This document shows, piece by piece, positions 27,799 through 32,000 of a stretch of DNA of 32,000 nucleotides. A model generated the notes under the pieces. That model was not told the DNA's origin. It saw only the letters and a list, made by a program, of their open reading frames with translations, and searched no databases. The first letter of the stretch is position 1. Each line of letters opens with the position of its first letter. The position numbers were made by a program, and so were the translations under genes. The stretch is from an uncultured cyanobacterium (lineage in GTDB: Bacteria > Cyanobacteriota > Cyanobacteriia > Cyanobacteriales > Microcystaceae): contig CAWEDJ010000069.1 of NCBI GenBank assembly GCA_963807635.1, positions 1 to 32,000 of the forward strand, read 5' to 3'.

Positions 27799-28835
27799 CT
27801 ATTTAAGTTGAATAACTTTAGGAGCTTCAAATAAATGTACCGTATCGACAAACCGTGCTGTTTTTGATTGGGTAGAAATAACTAAACTTTGAGTCCGCGC
27901 ACCACCGTGGAAGAAGCGTACACCTTCCATCAAGGTTCCAGGCGTAATCCCGCAAGCCGCGAATAAAACGGTTTCACCACTAGCCAATTCTTCACACTCA
28001 TAGACGCGATCGCCATCGGTAATTCCCATCTCGCCAAGACGTTTGAGGTTACCTTCACGACTTTCACCGATTAAGCCCGTTTGGACGACAGCAGGATCAT
28101 AAACCAATTGACCCTGGAAGTGACCACCCAAACAACGCATCGCTGCCGCCGAAATGACTCCTTCAGGAGCCGCACCAATGCCCATCAGACAATGAATATT
28201 GGTTCCAGAGAAAGCACAGGAAATGGCGGCAGAAACATCACCATCACTGATCAAACGAACTCGCGCACCCGCATCACGGATTTCTTGAATTAATTCTTTG
28301 TGACGGGGACGATCCATGACAACGACAACTAATTCTTCAACGGCGCGACCCAAACACTCGCCCAAAATTTTAAGATTTTCGGTAGCCGATTTATTAATAT
28401 CAACTTTACCTTTAGCGGCTGGGGGAGCGGCTAATTTTTTCATATAAAAGTCAGGAGCGGCAAATAGGCCACCTTTTTCGGAAATTGCTAAAACGGCCAT
28501 CGATCCATTTTGTCCATAGGCGACTAAGTTAGTACCTTCACAGGGATCAACCGCAATATCGATTTCAACTAATTCGTCAGGATTACAAAATGCACCTGCG
28601 TTTCCTGGGTACAAATACCTACTTCTTCACCGATGTAGAGCATGGGAGCTTCATCCCGTTCTCCTTCTCCGATGACGATGCGCCCTCTCATGTGGATTTT
28701 GTTCATCCGTTCCCGCATGGCATCAACGGCAACCTGGTCAGCGATGTCTTTTTCGCCTTTACCCATCCATTTAGAAGAGGCGATCGCGGCCTGTTCAACA
28801 ACTTCAATAATTTCTAAACCGAGCGTATTTTCCAC
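27799..28835 (-). pseudogene. glpX: Class II fructose-1,6-/sedoheptulose-1,7-bisphosphatase, one-base frameshift as assembled
   Basis: ORFs 28569..28835 and 27799..28614 together match the Synechocystis dual FBP/SBPase from memory ([20 protein letters not shown]...[15 protein letters not shown] | [45 protein letters not shown]...). The break is at 28601-28603, where the coding strand has GAAACG and GAAAACG would restore the frame. Confidence 0.9.
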
Positions 28836-28994
28836 GAGTTAATCCTCCCAATTGCTGATTAAGTTTTCCTAGACTGGATCTTTTTTTGTTATCAGTCAAA
28901 GTCTATCAGAGTCGGGGATCACCTTAAAATAAAAAATCCCTCAAGGCAGACTATATACCCTAGAAAAATCAGAGAATTTCCCTAGCCACCTTGA

Positions 28995-29039
28995 AAAAAA
29001 TAAAAGCCCCCCTTATCAAGGGTTAGGGGGGATCAAAAC
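28995..29039 (-). terminator. Putative intrinsic terminator of the binding-protein gene; also copy B of the G/C-tract element
   Basis: The minus strand, immediately after stop 29039-29041, reads TTTTGATCCCCCCTAACCCTTGATAAGGGGGGCTTTTATTTTTTT. CCCCCC can pair with GGGGGG (inner CCCTT/AAGGG), followed by a T-rich tract. Confidence 0.4.
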
Positions 29040-30390
29040 TAGGTTTTAGGCGAAACCTTATCAATGACCGCTAAAGTGCCATCAGGCTTAACCGTCCAGA
29101 CATCATAACTACCAACCACATCCCCATTGGCATCGATATCCACATTACCGCTTGCTCCCTGATAGTTAACGGGTTTACCCGCCTTCACCAATGCCAACGC
29201 TTCACAAGGATCGGTGACTTCTTGCCAGGCCCCGCCGCAACTTCCCGAATTTTGCTCTGAATTCCTTCACCCGTATTGGCTTTCGCCGCCTCAGCCGCTA
29301 ACATCATCAAAACTGCCGCATCGTAGGTATGGGGAACAAAGGCGGTCACATCTTTACCCGATTTTTCTTTCCAGGTTTTGCTAAAAGCCTCTAAAGATTT
29401 ACCGTTCGCACCAGGGACGGTTCCCAAAGCTCCTGCAATAATCGAGTTACCCGCCGCATCTTTACCGACTTTTTTGACAAAATCTTCAGAATACACCCCA
29501 TCGGTCAGGAGGACGATTACTCCCTTGGTTAAACCCTGTTTATAAGCCGCTTGCAACAGCGCACTTCCCGTATCGGCATAAAGCACGGCGGCCACTGCAT
29601 TGGGTTTCCCCGCAAAGGCTTGACCTGCTTCCGTATCTAGGGTTGCGGCCTTGGGGTCATAACGGACGGGTTTATCACCATGAAGAATTTTTCCACCATC
29701 CTTGGCAACGGATTCGACAAAAACTTTCTCAAAGCCTACGCCGTAATCATTATTAATCACCACAGTTGAAATATTTTTAAGACCTTTTTTCGCAGCCAAA
29801 GCGGCTAAGGCGGCGGCTTGATAGGTGTCAGGAGGAGCGGTACGAGCCCAGTAACCTTGGAACTCACCTTTTTGCGCTTGTTCTGTAAAGACGGGACTGG
29901 TGCTTCCTGGAGAAACCAACATCACTTTATTTTTAACGGCAATGGGAATAGCTGCACTGGAAACACTGCTGGCAAAGGAACCAATTACCCCTGCCACCTT
30001 ATCCGCTTCGGCAAGTTTAGTCATTGCGGAAGCTCCAGCCGTCGGATCGGTTTGATCATCTTCCACCACGAGAGTAACGGGTTTTCCGTTAACACCACCA
30101 CAAGCATTGATGGTATCAACGGCTAATTTAGCGGCAACGGGCATATTTTGACCGATAGAAGATAAATCTCCCGTCGCAGGCAATAAGGCTCCTAATTTCA
30201 AACCATCAGCACCAGTAGTCGCACTGGGAGCCGCAGAAGCTTCCGTTGTGGGTGTCGTTGTGGGGGTAGTTGCGGTTTGGTCGCCACCACCACAAGCCGT
30301 TAAAAAGTTGGCACTGAGTCCAGTCAAAATAAGAGTTAGAACAATTTGGGGCTTGATATGACGATTTTTTTTGAGCGATGATTTGAGCAT
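29039..30390 (-). pseudogene. ABC transporter periplasmic binding protein (Leu/Ile/Val or NatB-like, Peripla_BP_6), frameshifted near the 3' end
   Basis: Lipoprotein-type signal LTGLSANFLTACGG, a Thr/Pro linker and a type I PBP body. The ORF ends ...GPGKKSPILVKRWHW*, while the conserved tail EVTDPCEALALVKAGKPVNYQGASGNVDIDANGDVVGSYDVWTVKPDGTL... is in the next frame. The break is at 29222-29223. Confidence 0.8.
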
Positions 30391-30602
30391 GAATGATTCC
30401 TCACGGGCATGATTAAGTAATATAAATCCAAAATAAGCTTAACCCAGGATTAACCATCAGTGAAAAATCTTATATTTCCCAGAATTTTCGCAGAAAACCG
30501 CACTAACCTGAATTACTGTCAAGAAGTGCTAAGGATTTTGACAAATTTTGGACAGTAAACGCCGCGAAATTTGAAAAAAGAAGCTATGGATAGTATTTAA
30601 AA

Positions 30603-30694
30603 CGGAGAGAGAGGGATTCGAACCCTCGGTACGGTCTTACGATTCGTACAACAGCTTAGCAGGCTGCCGCTTTCAACCACTCAGCCATCTCTCC
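30603..30694 (-). tRNA. tRNA-Ser (anticodon GCU)
   Basis: The reverse complement GGAGAGATGGCTGAGTGGTTGAAAGCGGCAGCCTGCTAAGCTGT...GAGGGTTCGAATCCCTCTCTCTCCG has a long variable arm and a CT-GCT-AA anticodon loop. Confidence 0.9.
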
Positions 30695-30849
30695 AAACTC
30701 ACGAGTATCTATCATAGCAAATAAGGCTACTTCTGCAACAAAAAAATTTTGGGGCTGTTTTTATTAAGTATTGCAACGGATTTATCTGCAATAGGGGAGT
30801 TGGCCTTTAAGATGTAAGGCTTAATATGCCCTATTTTGAGGAAGATCTA

Positions 30850-31113
30850 ATGTATTCTACTTTGTTACTCGCTACAACTGTCCCTGCAACCCTTGAATGG
30901 AGTCCCACAGTGGCGGGGGTGATGATTGCTTGTAATATTTTGGCGATCGCGTTTGGTAAATTGACGATCAAATATCCCAGTGTGGGGCCTGCTATGCCCT
31001 CTCCGAATTTGTTTGGTGGATTTGGATTAGCCGCAGTCTTAGGCACGATGAGCTTCGGTCATCTTTTAGGGACGGCTGTGATTTTAGGGTTAGCCAATGT
31101 GGGCGCGCTTTAA
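30850..31113 (+). CDS. psaK: Photosystem I subunit PsaK
   Basis: MYSTLLLATTVPATLEWSPTVAGVMIACNILAIAFGKLTIK...FGGFGLAAVLGTMSFGHLLGTAVILGLANVGAL matches PsaK almost throughout. The ATG at 30850 fits ortholog length better than 30826. Confidence 0.9.
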   Translation: MYSTLLLATTVPATLEWSPTVAGVMIACNILAIAFGKLTIKYPSVGPAMPSPNLFGGFGLAAVLGTMSFGHLLGTAVILGLANVGAL

Positions 31114-31202
31114 ATTATTTTTCATCAAGTTGACAATCTGAAGACTGAAAATAATCAAAAAATACTCGGCAAGGGATTAAATTCTGACTGCTGGGTATTT
31201 TT

Positions 31203-31997
31203 TTAAATTTGTTCGCATAAAATCAATAATTTTTCTAATCTTTCAGCTAAAGAAATTAATTCAGACCAGGAAGATCCGCCGACTAAATCCTGGGCATGGG
31301 CGAGTTTATTGCGTAATTTTTCGGCATTTTTTAGAAATTTTTCCCCTGAACTTTTTGATTTTAATGCTAATTTTGCGATTAGTTCAAGATTGTGTAAAAT
31401 CAAATCCCGTTTATCACAAAATTGTAAATAATCTAATAGATCGGTTGCTTCGTTGCGATCGCGGCTTTCTTGTAATAATTTATGGGCAGCTTTTAAACGT
31501 TCTTCGGTTAAAATATTAGATACAGAATCGGGGGAATAATAAAGACGAATAATGCGTAATAGGTTCATCTCTAAAAGGGTCACTAAACTAAATAGAAGCA
31601 TCCTGACAGGGGATTTTTGTAAATCTCCTTGGGTAACAATTCCCGTGACAGAGTTGCAATCTAAGATAAATAGACGAGTTTTATTTTGTAATAAGGGAAG
31701 AAGTTTAATCAGAGGGGTAGAAATGGCAATTAAATCCTGGGGAAGAAAGGCTTTTTCATGATTTTTACATTTTCCTGAACTTTGAGCGTTTAAACTATTT
31801 TTTTCTAAATAACCCGTCACGATTCCCTCGGTTTCAATCCCCACCACATCAAAATCCTGTTCCTGCATCCATCCAAATATTTCTTGAATAGATAGGTTTG
31901 CATTAACGGTTTTTAAGGGTTCAGCTACATATTCAATAGTGATACTATTTTCAAATAAACTGCGGAGGTCTTGCGATCGTGACTTCAATTGTTTCAT
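31203..31997 (-). CDS. CBS-pair protein with C-terminal helical domain carrying an RNxxxH (HEPN-like) motif
   Basis: Two CBS-like units (VAEPLKTVNANLSIQEIFGWMQEQDFDVVGIETEGIVTGYL and ISTPLIKLLPLLQNKTRLFILDCNSVTGIVTQGDL) precede an all-helical tail containing LRNKLAHAQD (R at 31311-31313, H at 31296-31298). The frame is open to the window edge, so the N-terminus is uncertain. Confidence 0.55.
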   Translation of the reverse strand: MKQLKSRSQDLRSLFENSITIEYVAEPLKTVNANLSIQEIFGWMQEQDFDVVGIETEGIVTGYLEKNSLNAQSSGKCKNHEKAFLPQDLIAISTPLIKLLPLLQNKTRLFILDCNSVTGIVTQGDLQKSPVRMLLFSLVTLLEMNLLRIIRLYYSPDSVSNILTEERLKAAHKLLQESRDRNEATDLLDYLQFCDKRDLILHNLELIAKLALKSKSSGEKFLKNAEKLRNKLAHAQDLVGGSSWSELISLAERLEKLLILCEQI

Positions 31998-32000
31998 CAA

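Noticed and set aside
401-29223. Programmed ribosomal frameshifting or recoding as an explanation for the frame breaks
   Set aside because: There are no slippery heptamers or downstream structures at the sites. The breaks occur in unrelated genes at plain 2-5 nt homopolymers, so error or simple mutation is far more parsimonious.
1-32000. Very frequent GCGATCGC octamers (for example 298-305, and many inside both genes and spacers)
   Set aside because: This is the genome-wide HIP1 palindrome of cyanobacteria. It is useful as a taxonomic marker but is not a local regulatory or mobile signal.

Overview
This is a cyanobacterial chromosomal segment. It is AT-rich, dense in GCGATCGC (HIP1) palindromes, and carries psaK, thf1 and the dual FBP/SBPase glpX. 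Other housekeeping content: a metallophosphoesterase, an ABC exporter, a MacB-type permease, a pseudouridine synthase, a Cu P-type ATPase with a cupredoxin partner, an FGGY kinase, argF, tadA, an amino-acid ABC binding protein, and four tRNAs (Leu-UAG, Ser-UGA, Lys-CUU, Ser-GCU). Several accessory conflict-type loci are interspersed: (i) hicAB next to a TIR / predicted TM / WD40 x16 gene; (ii) an NB-ARC/TPR STAND NTPase with an unrecognised 119-aa N-terminal domain; (iii) an island between tadA and glpX holding a RelE/ParE-type TA cassette flanked by duplicated tadA 3' ends, a translationally coupled CHAT-less TPR protein plus ORC/Cdc6-like ATPase-wHTH pair preceded by an orphan HicB, and a DUF29 gene; (iv) a CBS-pair protein with a C-terminal RNxxxH (HEPN-like) motif at the window edge. 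At least ten genes or gene segments are broken by one-base frame shifts. Nearly all sit at short homopolymer runs, and one is in essential glpX, so most apparent pseudogenes are probably sequencing or assembly artefacts. No CRISPR array, transposase or integrase was seen. All family assignments come from motif recognition by eye and from memory; no searches were run.
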